NCBI GenBank assembly: GCA_037927135.1
Contig: JAXSPP010000005.1
Location: 1 to 64,000, forward strand
Direction: 5' to 3'
Source: Candidatus Pampinifervens sinense
Lineage (GTDB): Bacteria > Aquificota > Aquificia > Aquificales > Aquificaceae
DNA length: 64,000 bases
The notes under the pieces were generated by a model that made no database searches, was not told the origin of the DNA, and saw nothing but the letters and a program-made list of their open reading frames with translations. The first letter of the stretch is position 1. Every line of letters begins with the position of its first letter. Positions 12,036-20,901 of this stretch are shown here, piece after piece. The position numbers were made by a program, and so were the translations under genes.

Positions 12036-12770
12036 TTAATTTATACGCCAAGAGAGGTTTGAACTTGGGGAGTTTTTGGAGACTATGTCTTCTTCATAGG
12101 TAGTGTTACCTTGCTGGTCGGTAGAAAGGGATTTAAATACATATTCTACATAACTCCAACCTACAGGAGCGTTAATATTGTAATTGTATTTGTAGGTATA
12201 AACAATAGGTCCGTTTGGACCTTGATAAGTGCATTTCACTATACTTATACCTGTTATTGTAAATGGTCTGTCGGCATAGATGTAAACCCCTGCTAAAGGT
12301 GTCCCAGATGGCGGAGGGGGATTAGAATTAAATGGATCTATACCACTATCTAACTCCACCTCACCTATTACTACACTGTTATTTCTAAGCATTAAATAAA
12401 GGTAGGCAAATTTTGCATCCGACGGTGATACTGTGGGCGTGCTCTCTCGTACACAGTTAGAATCGGGAGGACTAAAACTAATAGGACTAAGATCGCTTGC
12501 ATTTGGAGTGGGTAGTGTGTAAGTGAAATTGCCTTGATTATCTACGGAGATTTGCCCATAGCAGCTATCAATAGGAGGATTTTCATAAGGGTTCTCACCT
12601 ATAAAAGCATATAAAGTATACCCAGCATTTGGGTTCCAATTTACTATCTGACCACCTATCTGACTAACTGGATTTACGCTTCCACCTCCGCCACCGCAGG
12701 AGCTCAAAAAGGCTCCCAAGACTAAGGCAAAGAGAGCTATGAAGAGCTTAAGGCTAAAAGCCTTTCTCAT
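12036..12770 (-). CDS. orphan lipoprotein, probably surface-exposed (beta-rich, Pro/Ser/Thr/Asn/Tyr-rich)
   Basis: Start ATG 12770 preceded by SD GGGAGGT; signal peptide with lipobox LSS-C followed by GGGGGS linker; composition unlike neighbouring genes. Confidence 0.8.
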   Translation of the reverse strand: MRKAFSLKLFIALFALVLGAFLSSCGGGGGSVNPVSQIGGQIVNWNPNAGYTLYAFIGENPYENPPIDSCYGQISVDNQGNFTYTLPTPNASDLSPISFSPPDSNCVRESTPTVSPSDAKFAYLYLMLRNNSVVIGEVELDSGIDPFNSNPPPPSGTPLAGVYIYADRPFTITGISIVKCTYQGPNGPIVYTYKYNYNINAPVGWSYVEYVFKSLSTDQQGNTTYEEDIVSKNSPSSNLSWRIN

Positions 12771-12790
12771 GGTTCTACCTCCCATAGTTA

Positions 12791-12810
12791 GTTTAATTGC
12801 CTTTATATTA
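12791..12810. repeat. left arm of perfect 20-bp inverted repeat (GTTTAATTGCCTTTATATTA)
   Basis: Exact reverse complement of 13041-13060. Confidence 0.95.
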
Positions 12811-13017
12811 GCAACTGGTTTTGGCGCACAAGTCCCAGGGTGACTATTTACAACAGCCTGAATAGAGTATGATTTTCCGTGGACCTTCTGAATACCAATA
12901 AGGCTTCTTTTAAAAGCGGATCCACGGAACGATACATGAGATCTTGTACGATTTTTAGAATGTATGCTTTTACATGTTTTAGGAGTGTAGTTTGATTGAA
13001 ATCATATTACATGCCTA

Positions 13018-13046
13018 TTGACAATTTATTAAAAATGTATTAATAT
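13018..13046 (+). promoter_or_regulatory. sigma70-type promoter inside the candidate invertible segment
   Basis: TTGACA (13018-13023), 17-nt spacer, TAATAT (13041-13046). Confidence 0.65.
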
Positions 13047-13060
13047 AAAGGCAATTAAAC
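13041..13060. repeat. right arm of perfect 20-bp inverted repeat (TAATATAAAGGCAATTAAAC)
   Basis: Exact reverse complement of 12791-12810. Confidence 0.95.
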
Positions 13061-13077
13061 ATACATTCCTGTCCTTT

Positions 13078-14028
13078 TCACACAATCATAGCAGGATATT
13101 CTTCCTTCCTCAGAGAAAATACCAACACATAAAGGCTTAAAAATATGGCTGTAAGCTGGAAGGCCCAGAAGCTAAGGAGTTTAAGGTAAGCAAAGTATGG
13201 GTTAAATAGTATTAAAAGACTTGATAAATTGTCCAAAAAGGAAAAAAGAAAGACAGAAAAGCCTAAAGTTATAGCCCTTTTCTTTTTAAAGCCCGCAAAG
13301 GGTAAAAGGTGAGCAAGGATAAGGGAAAAAAGGGCCATGGTCAAAAGGTGTGGATAAAAAACCTTAAAAACACCTTGAAAGGTCTTTGGTTTTATAAAAA
13401 GGGAAGGGTTTCCAAGGTAGTAATCCTTTATGCCCTCTATACCAAAGCCCATTTTGGAAAAGAAGTTTAAAAAGTTGGAAAGGAGGAAGAGGAGAAAAAA
13501 TAGGGAAAATAAAAAGGTAAAATACCTTAAGGCCTTTGTTTTGGGTGGCCTGGCATCTTTAAGGACAAGACAGTAGAGATTGTAAAGGATTACAAAAAGT
13601 AAAAGCAATTGATAAACTATAAAGCTAAAAAGCTTTAACCACAAAAGGCTTGGCCATTCAAAGAGGAATATAAGAAGGTCTGCACCTATGTAAAAAAGGG
13701 CAAAAAGGTTAGAAGAGAGAATTATAAAGAGCTTGAAGTTTTGATTTTGTCCAAAGAGGTTAAAGATGGAAAGGAGTGTGAGTAGCATAAGGCCGTGTAG
13801 GAAGAGGTTTATGTGTAGGTCCTCCGATATTTGGGCTATGGATATTTTCTGAGGAAACTCTGGGTCCATAAAGTAGTACCTAAAGAGGCTCTCATAGGAA
13901 AAGCCATACTTGCCATAAAAGCTTATCCAAGAGGCAATCCAAAAAAGAAGGGAAAAAATCAAAAAGGCAAGTACTGCATAGTAAAGGGCTTTGTTCCTCT
14001 TTATATCGGCGGAGATAAAGAACCTCAC
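13078..14028 (-). CDS. polytopic membrane protein with two internally similar halves (His-containing, possibly cytochrome b-like)
   Basis: About 8 TM segments; repeated units (KYGFSYESLFRYYF...H and KMGFGIEGIKDYYL...H); GTG start at 14028 overlaps upstream stop and has a GGAGG SD. Confidence 0.7.
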   Translation of the reverse strand: MRFFISADIKRNKALYYAVLAFLIFSLLFWIASWISFYGKYGFSYESLFRYYFMDPEFPQKISIAQISEDLHINLFLHGLMLLTLLSIFNLFGQNQNFKLFIILSSNLFALFYIGADLLIFLFEWPSLLWLKLFSFIVYQLLLLFVILYNLYCLVLKDARPPKTKALRYFTFLFSLFFLLFLLSNFLNFFSKMGFGIEGIKDYYLGNPSLFIKPKTFQGVFKVFYPHLLTMALFSLILAHLLPFAGFKKKRAITLGFSVFLFSFLDNLSSLLILFNPYFAYLKLLSFWAFQLTAIFLSLYVLVFSLRKEEYPAMIV

Positions 14029-14579
14029 CTTTGGCCTCCAAAGAGCACCTGCCACATGGCTAAGACTTTTCTTGCGTTATCCGTTATGGCCCTTGCGGTA
14101 AGGGTAGCTCCCGTCATGTTGGGAATGTCCCTCTTTAGCCTTATGGGATCCTTGTTTAGTTGCTTTCCTGCAAAGAGCTTGAGCCACCTTTCTTCTGGCA
14201 TATACTCAAGAGGCTCATTAAAGGCCAAAACTTCTATCACATCAATCTTCCCCTCTGGTGTGATGGTGTATAGGACCACCTCAGGATGTGTCCTTACTAT
14301 ATGTGTATCCACATAGGCGTAGGCTATTACAGTTCCTCCTCTTTTGACTATATACCAAGATACAAGCCTTGTGTTTAACTTTACACCAGATAGCTTCTCT
14401 ATAGCAGATTGCTGTTCTGGTGTGAGGACTATATTCTTTACTTCCACTTGGCTGTTTGGATATATCTCCCTAAGGGCCTTCTCGGGCCTATTAAAATCCC
14501 TTGCCGATATACCCGTTCCAAAGGAGAACAGAAAAACAAAAAAACTCAAAAAGAGGCACCACCTACACACTCTCATCAT
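14025..14579 (-). CDS. exported FMN-binding domain protein
   Basis: Signal peptide; flavinylation-type motif MTGATLT (cf. [S/T]GA[S/T] of RnfG/NqrC). Confidence 0.8.
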   Translation of the reverse strand: MMRVCRWCLFLSFFVFLFSFGTGISARDFNRPEKALREIYPNSQVEVKNIVLTPEQQSAIEKLSGVKLNTRLVSWYIVKRGGTVIAYAYVDTHIVRTHPEVVLYTITPEGKIDVIEVLAFNEPLEYMPEERWLKLFAGKQLNKDPIRLKRDIPNMTGATLTARAITDNARKVLAMWQVLFGGQR

Positions 14580-14605
14580 ATTTTACTCCATTTGTTAAAA
14601 GTATA

Positions 14606-14624
14606 GCCCTCCCGACAGGAGGGC
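14606..14624 (-). terminator. intra-operon hairpin or partial terminator downstream of the porin gene
   Basis: GCCCTCC-N5-GGAGGGC stem followed on the - strand by TATACTTTT. Confidence 0.55.
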
Positions 14625-14644
14625 ACCAACGCAAGGAAGAGCCA

Positions 14645-16030
14645 TCAGAACATAAAGCTAAGGGTAAATCTGTATTCATTCTCATCCTTCTTGGGAGCGC
14701 TATAATTTAGCCTTGCATAGTCCGCCTTTATGGCCACAAGTGGATGAGGTTTGTAGGAAAGTCCTACGTTGTAAACCTTTAGCTTGTGTCCGCTTGGCTT
14801 TGAATAGCCAGATGGCACCTTGCTATGCGTGTCAAAATCTTCGTATATGCCAAAGATGTAAAGCTCTTGGTTGTCTATATCAAAAAGCCTAAATATATCG
14901 TATGCAACTTGCACATAAAAGCCCTTTTGTTCTTTGGGTATTATTTTGCCGTCTTTACCAACTTCACTATTTTCAAAAAGGTCCTTAGACATTCTCAAAG
15001 CATCATCCACCTTTACCAAAGCCCCCACAAACCTCACATCCCATCCCGCATACTGCCACCAAAGGTGTGGAGAAAGCATTGTTATAGAACCAACCTTTGA
15101 ACCCCTCCTTAGACCAAGCTTTGAATCGCTACCTCCCTTTGATTGCACATCTGCAAGGACAAAGGAACCACCCAAAATAACGTTGTACGGTAGCTTTAAA
15201 TCTACTCTACCTGTAAAGCCAAGCCTATCCGCCACAGCCCTTGCACCCCTTTGCCTAACAGTTTTAAGAGGTTCCTTTGCATCATAATCTCCGCCACCCT
15301 TCAACATAAGGCCATTAATTAGATAGAACCTATAGTTTGCTGGACCTACCTGCCCATATACTCCAAGGCCCATCTCCTCCCATGTGGACATCATAATGCG
15401 CCTTTCAAAATAAGGTCTGTCTGCACTAGGAAATGTGGGTGGCTCATGAACTTCGTTTATAATACCCACTGGCATAAGCAAAAGGCCGCCCCTTACACCA
15501 AACTCTGGCCTAAATTGATAATCTAAATAGGCAAGTTCAGCCTTAAAGTATCCTCCTCCCGTACCTTGAGAACCAGAAGTAGAAGCATGTTCCAATTCAA
15601 GCTCTGAGTTGAACTTTAACTTTTCATCAAAGGCATAGCCCAGATAGATTATAAGCCTTTGCATATCCGCTATATTTTTTGCACCATCTCGTGCATTCAC
15701 ATCGTTATGCAAAAAAGTAAGCTCACCATAACCACCTATGGATACACCCCTTGGGGTAAAGTGCACCTTGGAGGCTGCAGGACCAAATCCATAATAAGAC
15801 TTGATCTCAAGCTGTGGCATGGCGATCTCAAGCCTTAGCTTCCTTATCTCCTCCTTTAGGGCTTCTGTTTCCTGCTTTGTTTCCTCTGCTTTCTTTTGTT
15901 CTTCCTTTAGCCTTTGCACTTCTTGCTGGAGCATCCTTATCTGTTCTTCCAGCTGTTTGATGCGGTCTTCCGCTGGCTGGGCAAAAACGGCACTAGAAAA
16001 AAGGGCAGTGGCTAAGAGAAGCTTCCTCAT
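14645..16030 (-). CDS. outer-membrane beta-barrel porin with N-terminal coiled coil
   Basis: Signal peptide MRKLLL..AVFA after SD AAGGAGGT; IGGYGEL and FNSELELEH motifs; C-terminal aromatic residue (SFMF). Confidence 0.8.
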   Translation of the reverse strand: MRKLLLATALFSSAVFAQPAEDRIKQLEEQIRMLQQEVQRLKEEQKKAEETKQETEALKEEIRKLRLEIAMPQLEIKSYYGFGPAASKVHFTPRGVSIGGYGELTFLHNDVNARDGAKNIADMQRLIIYLGYAFDEKLKFNSELELEHASTSGSQGTGGGYFKAELAYLDYQFRPEFGVRGGLLLMPVGIINEVHEPPTFPSADRPYFERRIMMSTWEEMGLGVYGQVGPANYRFYLINGLMLKGGGDYDAKEPLKTVRQRGARAVADRLGFTGRVDLKLPYNVILGGSFVLADVQSKGGSDSKLGLRRGSKVGSITMLSPHLWWQYAGWDVRFVGALVKVDDALRMSKDLFENSEVGKDGKIIPKEQKGFYVQVAYDIFRLFDIDNQELYIFGIYEDFDTHSKVPSGYSKPSGHKLKVYNVGLSYKPHPLVAIKADYARLNYSAPKKDENEYRFTLSFMF

Positions 16031-16072
16031 GCCACACCTCCTTATACAAAAATTGAGATTTTGTAGCAAAAT

Positions 16073-16117
16073 ATTTTACAGAATTGAAATCCACTGTCAA
16101 TATGATTATTCTCATAA
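16073..16117 (-). promoter_or_regulatory. porin promoter with adjacent Fur-box-like sequence
   Basis: - strand TTGACA-N16-TAAAAT, preceded and overlapped by ATGAGAATAATCATATT. Confidence 0.5.
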
Positions 16118-16156
16118 AAAGGGGAGGCAAGGCGGAAGGCCACAAGCAAGAGCCCT

Positions 16157-16444
16157 TCACCTCTTCTTTGCCTCCACAAGTCTTTTTATTTCCTTTTCCA
16201 AAGAACAAACACCGTGAGAGTGACAAAAGATACACCTTTCTTTGGCATAGCTCTTGGCAAGCTTTACCATGTTGTGGCCCACAAGCCCTGTAAAGATTAT
16301 TATCCAATCGGCGCAGGCAAGGGCACTGTCAATGTTTTGCTGTGTTTCTTGGTTTATAAACTTTATATCCACACCATAACGTTTAGAAAGTTCTTTTATC
16401 CTACCTTTCATCCTGTCGTGTCCTCCTAGGACCAGAAGCTTCAT
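16157..16444 (-). CDS. DUF2325 family protein
   Basis: MKLLVLGGH...ADWIIIFTGLVGHNM pattern; SD GGAGGTG. Confidence 0.8.
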   Translation of the reverse strand: MKLLVLGGHDRMKGRIKELSKRYGVDIKFINQETQQNIDSALACADWIIIFTGLVGHNMVKLAKSYAKERCIFCHSHGVCSLEKEIKRLVEAKKR

Positions 16445-16504
16445 GTCCTCACCTCCATATTGATATTGAGTATGAATTTTAGAACAGTGTGAGATGAGGA
16501 GAAA

Positions 16505-16518
16505 ATGATTTAAATCAT
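16505..16518. promoter_or_regulatory. FNR/DNR-like palindrome ATGAT-TTAA-ATCAT
   Basis: Perfect 14-bp palindrome centred about -42.5 from a - strand TAAAAT (16476-16481) upstream of the DUF2325 gene. Confidence 0.5.
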
Positions 16519-16556
16519 ACTTCTTTCGCTTTTTACCTCAATGCTATAATCAATAT

Positions 16557-17954
16557 ATGATGTTAAAGGAGTTTTTTAGGAAGAAGTGTTATGCGATAGA
16601 TGAGGGGAGGTTTCCAAGGAAACTTGGAGTTTTAGACTTAATCTTTTTAGGTATAGGTGCCATTATAGGTGCGGGTATATTTGTTATAGCTGGCCAGGCT
16701 GCAGCCCTCCATGCTGGTCCGGCTATTATTTTTTCTTTTCTCCTGTGTGCTGTTGCCATCGGTATAAGTGCCCTAGTTTATGCTGAGCTGAGTTCTGCAT
16801 ATCCTATATCCGGAAGTGCCTACAGTTATACTTATGCCACCGTTGGAGAAATAGTAGCATGGTTGGTTGGCTGGAACCTTTTAGTTGAATATGGTATTGC
16901 AGTGGCTGCTGTAGCCACTGGTTGGTCTGGATATGTGCGTACTTTTTTACATCAAAACTTTGGCTTTGAACTTCCTAAGTCTCTCTCTGGTGCCTTTAAC
17001 CCTTCTAAAGGAACCTATATAGATCTTTTTGCCTTCCTTGTTGTCCTTTTAGTCTTTGGACTTTTAACCCTGGGGGTAAAGGAGAGTGCAAGGGTTAATG
17101 CTGTTATAGTTTTTATTAAAATAGCGGTTCTTTCTATGTTTATCTTTTTTGGAATAAGACATATAAACTTGGAAAACATATTTGCGGATTTTCTTCCCTA
17201 TGGTTGGCAGGGTGTTTGGCATGCTGCTTCCCTTATAGTTTTTGCTTATTTAGGATTTGATGCTGTCTCTACAGTAGCGGAGGAAACAAGAAATCCTACT
17301 AGGAATGTACCCATAGGCCTTGTAGGATCCTTATTCATAAGCACACTGTTTTATATATCTGTAGCCTTTGTCCTTGTGGGAATGGTAAATTACAAAGAGC
17401 TTAACGTAGAGTATCCACTGGCTTATGCTATGTATAAAGCAGGGGAAAAGTGGGTGGCAAACATAATAACTACTGGTGCTGTCATTACGATCACCAGCGT
17501 GCTTATAGTTATGGGTCTTGGTTTTACACGCGTTATATTTGCCCTTTCTAGAGATGGTCTTCTACCTGCCAAACTATCGGCGGTTCATCCTACTTTTAAA
17601 ACACCCTATATAGCTACCCTTGTTGGCGGCATAATCATATCCTTTTTGGCAGGCTTTGTGCCTTTAAAAACTCTTGCAGAGTTGGTCAATATAGGTACCC
17701 TTTTTGCCTACTTTATGGTAGGTGTGAGTGTAATACTCTTAAGGCTAAGTGGTGAATCTTCAGCAACTTTTAAGGTCCCCTTTGCCAAAGTACTTCTTCC
17801 TATTAATTTACTCTTCCTACTATTTATCATGGCTGGATTGCCAAAGGATACATGGATAAGGTTTATAGTTTGGAACGCCATAGGCATTTTGGTCTACCTC
17901 TTGTATGGTTATAAAAACAGCAAAGTTTATGAGAGGGCAACAGTCCAAGCATGA
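16557..17954 (+). CDS. APC-family amino acid permease
   Basis: [24 protein letters not shown] motifs; 12+ TM segments. Confidence 0.92.
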   Translation: MMLKEFFRKKCYAIDEGRFPRKLGVLDLIFLGIGAIIGAGIFVIAGQAAALHAGPAIIFSFLLCAVAIGISALVYAELSSAYPISGSAYSYTYATVGEIVAWLVGWNLLVEYGIAVAAVATGWSGYVRTFLHQNFGFELPKSLSGAFNPSKGTYIDLFAFLVVLLVFGLLTLGVKESARVNAVIVFIKIAVLSMFIFFGIRHINLENIFADFLPYGWQGVWHAASLIVFAYLGFDAVSTVAEETRNPTRNVPIGLVGSLFISTLFYISVAFVLVGMVNYKELNVEYPLAYAMYKAGEKWVANIITTGAVITITSVLIVMGLGFTRVIFALSRDGLLPAKLSAVHPTFKTPYIATLVGGIIISFLAGFVPLKTLAELVNIGTLFAYFMVGVSVILLRLSGESSATFKVPFAKVLLPINLLFLLFIMAGLPKDTWIRFIVWNAIGILVYLLYGYKNSKVYERATVQA

Positions 17955-19285
17955 AGAAAGAGAAGAGCTACTTTGTCTGTCAAGAGTGTGGATACTCAAG
18001 CACTAAGTGGATGGGTAGATGCCCTTCTTGTGGTGCCTGGAACAGTATGGTGGAGGAGAGGGAGGCATCTAAAGGTTTGAGTGTATCAACAGCCTACAGG
18101 CCACCACAGCCTATACTGAGTTGGATAGAAGACCTTCCAAAAAGATTAACCACAGGCTTTTCAAACCTTGATGAAGCTTTAGGTGGTGGCCTTGTAAAAG
18201 GACAGGTGATACTTTTGGCGGGAGAGCCTGGTATAGGCAAATCCACCTTACTTTTACAGCTTTCAGACAGGTTTTCAAAAATCTATGGAAAGGTTCTTTA
18301 TGTATCTGGAGAGGAGTCTCCTTCCCAGGTGGCCATAAGGGCAAAAAGGTTGGGTGTGGATTCGGAAAAGCTTTTGACCTTTCCTGAGACAAACCTTGAG
18401 AACCTTCTAGAAGCGGTTAAATTGGAAGAGCCCTCTTTGCTTGTGGTTGATTCCATACAAACCCTTTTTAGCTCAAGTCTTGAGTCTTCTCCAGGATCTG
18501 TATCACAGGTAAGGGAATGTGCCTTTAGGCTGGCTGAGGTCTGTAAATCTTTGGGAATCCCCTTGTTCATAGTAGGTCAGGTAAACAAGGAAGGTATATT
18601 GGCAGGTCCAAAGGTGCTTGAACACCTTGTAGACACAGTCCTCTACTTTGAAGGTGAAAGGTTCAACTTCTACAGGGTTGTAAAGGTAGTTAAAAACCGT
18701 TTTGGAGCAAGCGGAAATGTAGCCGTCTTTAAAATGTCCAGCTATGGTCTTGAAGAGGTGCCAGAGCCTTCAGCCTTCTTCCTTCAAGAAAGGGTAGGCT
18801 CTTCCGGCAGTGTTATCTTTCCACACACAGAAGGAAGCAGGCCCGTTCTTCTTGAAGTGCAAGCCCTTACCATCCATGCCCTATACACCACACCGCAGAG
18901 AAGGACGCAGGGCTTTGATCCAAATAGACTATCCTTAATCCTTGCCGTGTTAGAAAAGGAAGCGAAGGTCTTCACAAGGGATAGGGATGTATTTGTAAAT
19001 ATTGTGGGGGGTGTAAGGGTGGAGGAGCCAGCTATAGACCTTGCGGTAGCTTTGGCCATAGTGAGCTCTGTGAAAGATAAGCCTGTGGGTGATTTTTTAG
19101 TCTTTGGTGAGCTTGGCCTCTCCGGTGAGGTAAGGTCGGTGCATTTTGCAGAGGAAAGGATAAGAGAGGGCTTGAGGTTTGGCTTTAAAAAGGCTGTAGT
19201 GCCAAAGGGTGCCATGGTGGAGGTAGAAGGCGCAGAGATTTTTCCTGTAAGACATATAAACGAGGCCATTGAACTTATAATTTAA
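17951..19285 (+). CDS. radA: DNA repair protein RadA/Sms
   Basis: C4 zinc finger, [13 protein letters not shown] motif, Lon-like C-terminus. Confidence 0.96.
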   Translation: MKKEKSYFVCQECGYSSTKWMGRCPSCGAWNSMVEEREASKGLSVSTAYRPPQPILSWIEDLPKRLTTGFSNLDEALGGGLVKGQVILLAGEPGIGKSTLLLQLSDRFSKIYGKVLYVSGEESPSQVAIRAKRLGVDSEKLLTFPETNLENLLEAVKLEEPSLLVVDSIQTLFSSSLESSPGSVSQVRECAFRLAEVCKSLGIPLFIVGQVNKEGILAGPKVLEHLVDTVLYFEGERFNFYRVVKVVKNRFGASGNVAVFKMSSYGLEEVPEPSAFFLQERVGSSGSVIFPHTEGSRPVLLEVQALTIHALYTTPQRRTQGFDPNRLSLILAVLEKEAKVFTRDRDVFVNIVGGVRVEEPAIDLAVALAIVSSVKDKPVGDFLVFGELGLSGEVRSVHFAEERIREGLRFGFKKAVVPKGAMVEVEGAEIFPVRHINEAIELII

Positions 19286-19289
19286 ATCT

Positions 19290-19937
19290 GTGAAGGTGCT
19301 CTTAGTAGAGGATGATAGACTGTTGGGGGAGGCTTTAAAGGAATATCTAAGCGCAGAAGGTCTTACTGTTGATTGGATAGAGGACAGTAGAGAATTTTTT
19401 GACCTTCTTGAGGTATCCCGGTATGATGTGATAGTGCTTGATCTTATGATGCCACATATTAGCGGTGAAGAACTTCTAAAAAGGTTGAGAGAAAAAGGAG
19501 ACACCACACCGGTACTTATCCTTACCGCAAAGGGTAGGATTGAAGACAAGGAGAGATGTTTTTCCCTTGGTGCAGATGACTATCTTACAAAGCCCTTTGA
19601 ACCTAAGGAGCTTCTTTTAAGGATAAAGGCCTTACATAGAAGGGTTATAAGGCGGGAAAGGGTAAGGCTTGGCCCTGTAGAGGTAGACCTTGAGGCTGGC
19701 AGGGTTTGGGTGGATGGAAAGGAAGTAAGCCTTACAAGGAAGGATTGGCTTCTTTTCAAATACTTGGTAGAAAACAGGGGAAGGTATGTATCTACAGAGG
19801 AGCTCCTAAATTATGTGTGGGGTGATGAGGCTGTGGGAGATGAGGTAGTAAGAGCACATATAAAGAACTTAAGGAAGGTTCTTCCAGAAGGGTTTATAGT
19901 TTCACAGAAGGGGAGAGGGTATAAGGTTGAAGCTTGA
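19290..19937 (+). CDS. OmpR-family response regulator
   Basis: Receiver domain (VEDD, LDLMMP, KPF) plus winged helix (GRGY). Confidence 0.92.
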   Translation: MKVLLVEDDRLLGEALKEYLSAEGLTVDWIEDSREFFDLLEVSRYDVIVLDLMMPHISGEELLKRLREKGDTTPVLILTAKGRIEDKERCFSLGADDYLTKPFEPKELLLRIKALHRRVIRRERVRLGPVEVDLEAGRVWVDGKEVSLTRKDWLLFKYLVENRGRYVSTEELLNYVWGDEAVGDEVVRAHIKNLRKVLPEGFIVSQKGRGYKVEA

Positions 19938-20901
19938 AAGGCTATGGCTTTACATCTCCCTTTTCCTCCTCTTAGTCCTAGGCTTTGGTCTTTTGAACTT
20001 CACCATCTTCCTTGAATTAAAAAGATTAGAAGAAGAGCACCTGTATAGATTAGCATACCAAAGCTTTCTGATCTACTTGAATTCTAAGGAGCACAGATGG
20101 GATGAAAACATAGTTATAAACCCTACCCATGAAGGGTCTTACGTGGTTTACGTATTTGAGGATCCTACCGAATCCTTTAAAAGCGTAAGAGTGGGCATAA
20201 GAAAGGAGTATGTCTATGAGAGGATAAACAATTTTATGAAAAAGCTCCTTTTGATGGAATTCTTCCTTGTCTTTGCCCTTGTTCTTTTATACCAAGCTGT
20301 GGTGGAAGGCTATATAAGGAAACTAAGAGATAAAGAAGAGTGGACAAAGAGTCTTATGTTAGCCCTTACCCATAGACTTGGAAACTTTCTGTCCACTCAA
20401 AAGGTTTTAATAGCATTGCTAAAAAGATCTTATCCGGAAGATGTAAATTTGGAAAGGATAGAAAAAAGTGTGATAAAGGCTCAAAGGGACTTTAGCATAT
20501 TTGCAAACTTGGTAAGAGAAAGCAGGAGCTTGGAAAAAGCTTTCCTTGATATAAAAGAATTCGTTGAAGAAACTTTAAAGTATTTTGAAGAGGAAGTAAA
20601 AAGGAAAAAAGTTATCCTTAATATCAAGACTATGTATGTGTTTATGGACAAAACAGACCTTGAAGATGTGCTTTATAATCTTATTGGAAATGCCATAAAG
20701 CATTCAAAGAGTGTTATACATATTAAAAACTGTCCTAAAAGGAGCCTTTTGATAGTAAAAAACGATGTAAGCAGTAAAGAAGGTCATGGAATGGGGCTTG
20801 GGCTTGAGCTTACAAGAAAAGTTATTGAAAGGTATGGTTTTAGTCTTTCCTTTAGAATCAGAAGAGATTACACAGTATATGTGAAGTTTTCTAAAGGCTA
20901 A
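19927..20901 (+). CDS. sensor histidine kinase (compact)
   Basis: Two TM segments, H-box-like LTHRLGN, N-box NLIGNAIKH, G2-like GMGLGL. Confidence 0.8.
   Translation: MKLERLWLYISLFLLLVLGFGLLNFTIFLELKRLEEEHLYRLAYQSFLIYLNSKEHRWDENIVINPTHEGSYVVYVFEDPTESFKSVRVGIRKEYVYERINNFMKKLLLMEFFLVFALVLLYQAVVEGYIRKLRDKEEWTKSLMLALTHRLGNFLSTQKVLIALLKRSYPEDVNLERIEKSVIKAQRDFSIFANLVRESRSLEKAFLDIKEFVEETLKYFEEEVKRKKVILNIKTMYVFMDKTDLEDVLYNLIGNAIKHSKSVIHIKNCPKRSLLIVKNDVSSKEGHGMGLGLELTRKVIERYGFSLSFRIRRDYTVYVKFSKG

Noticed and set aside
12791-13060. MITE or IS remnant reading of the 20-bp inverted repeats
   Set aside because: No target-site duplication (flanks TAGTTA and ATACAT), no second copy noticed in the window, and the promoter geometry fits a switch better; not fully excluded without a genome-wide search
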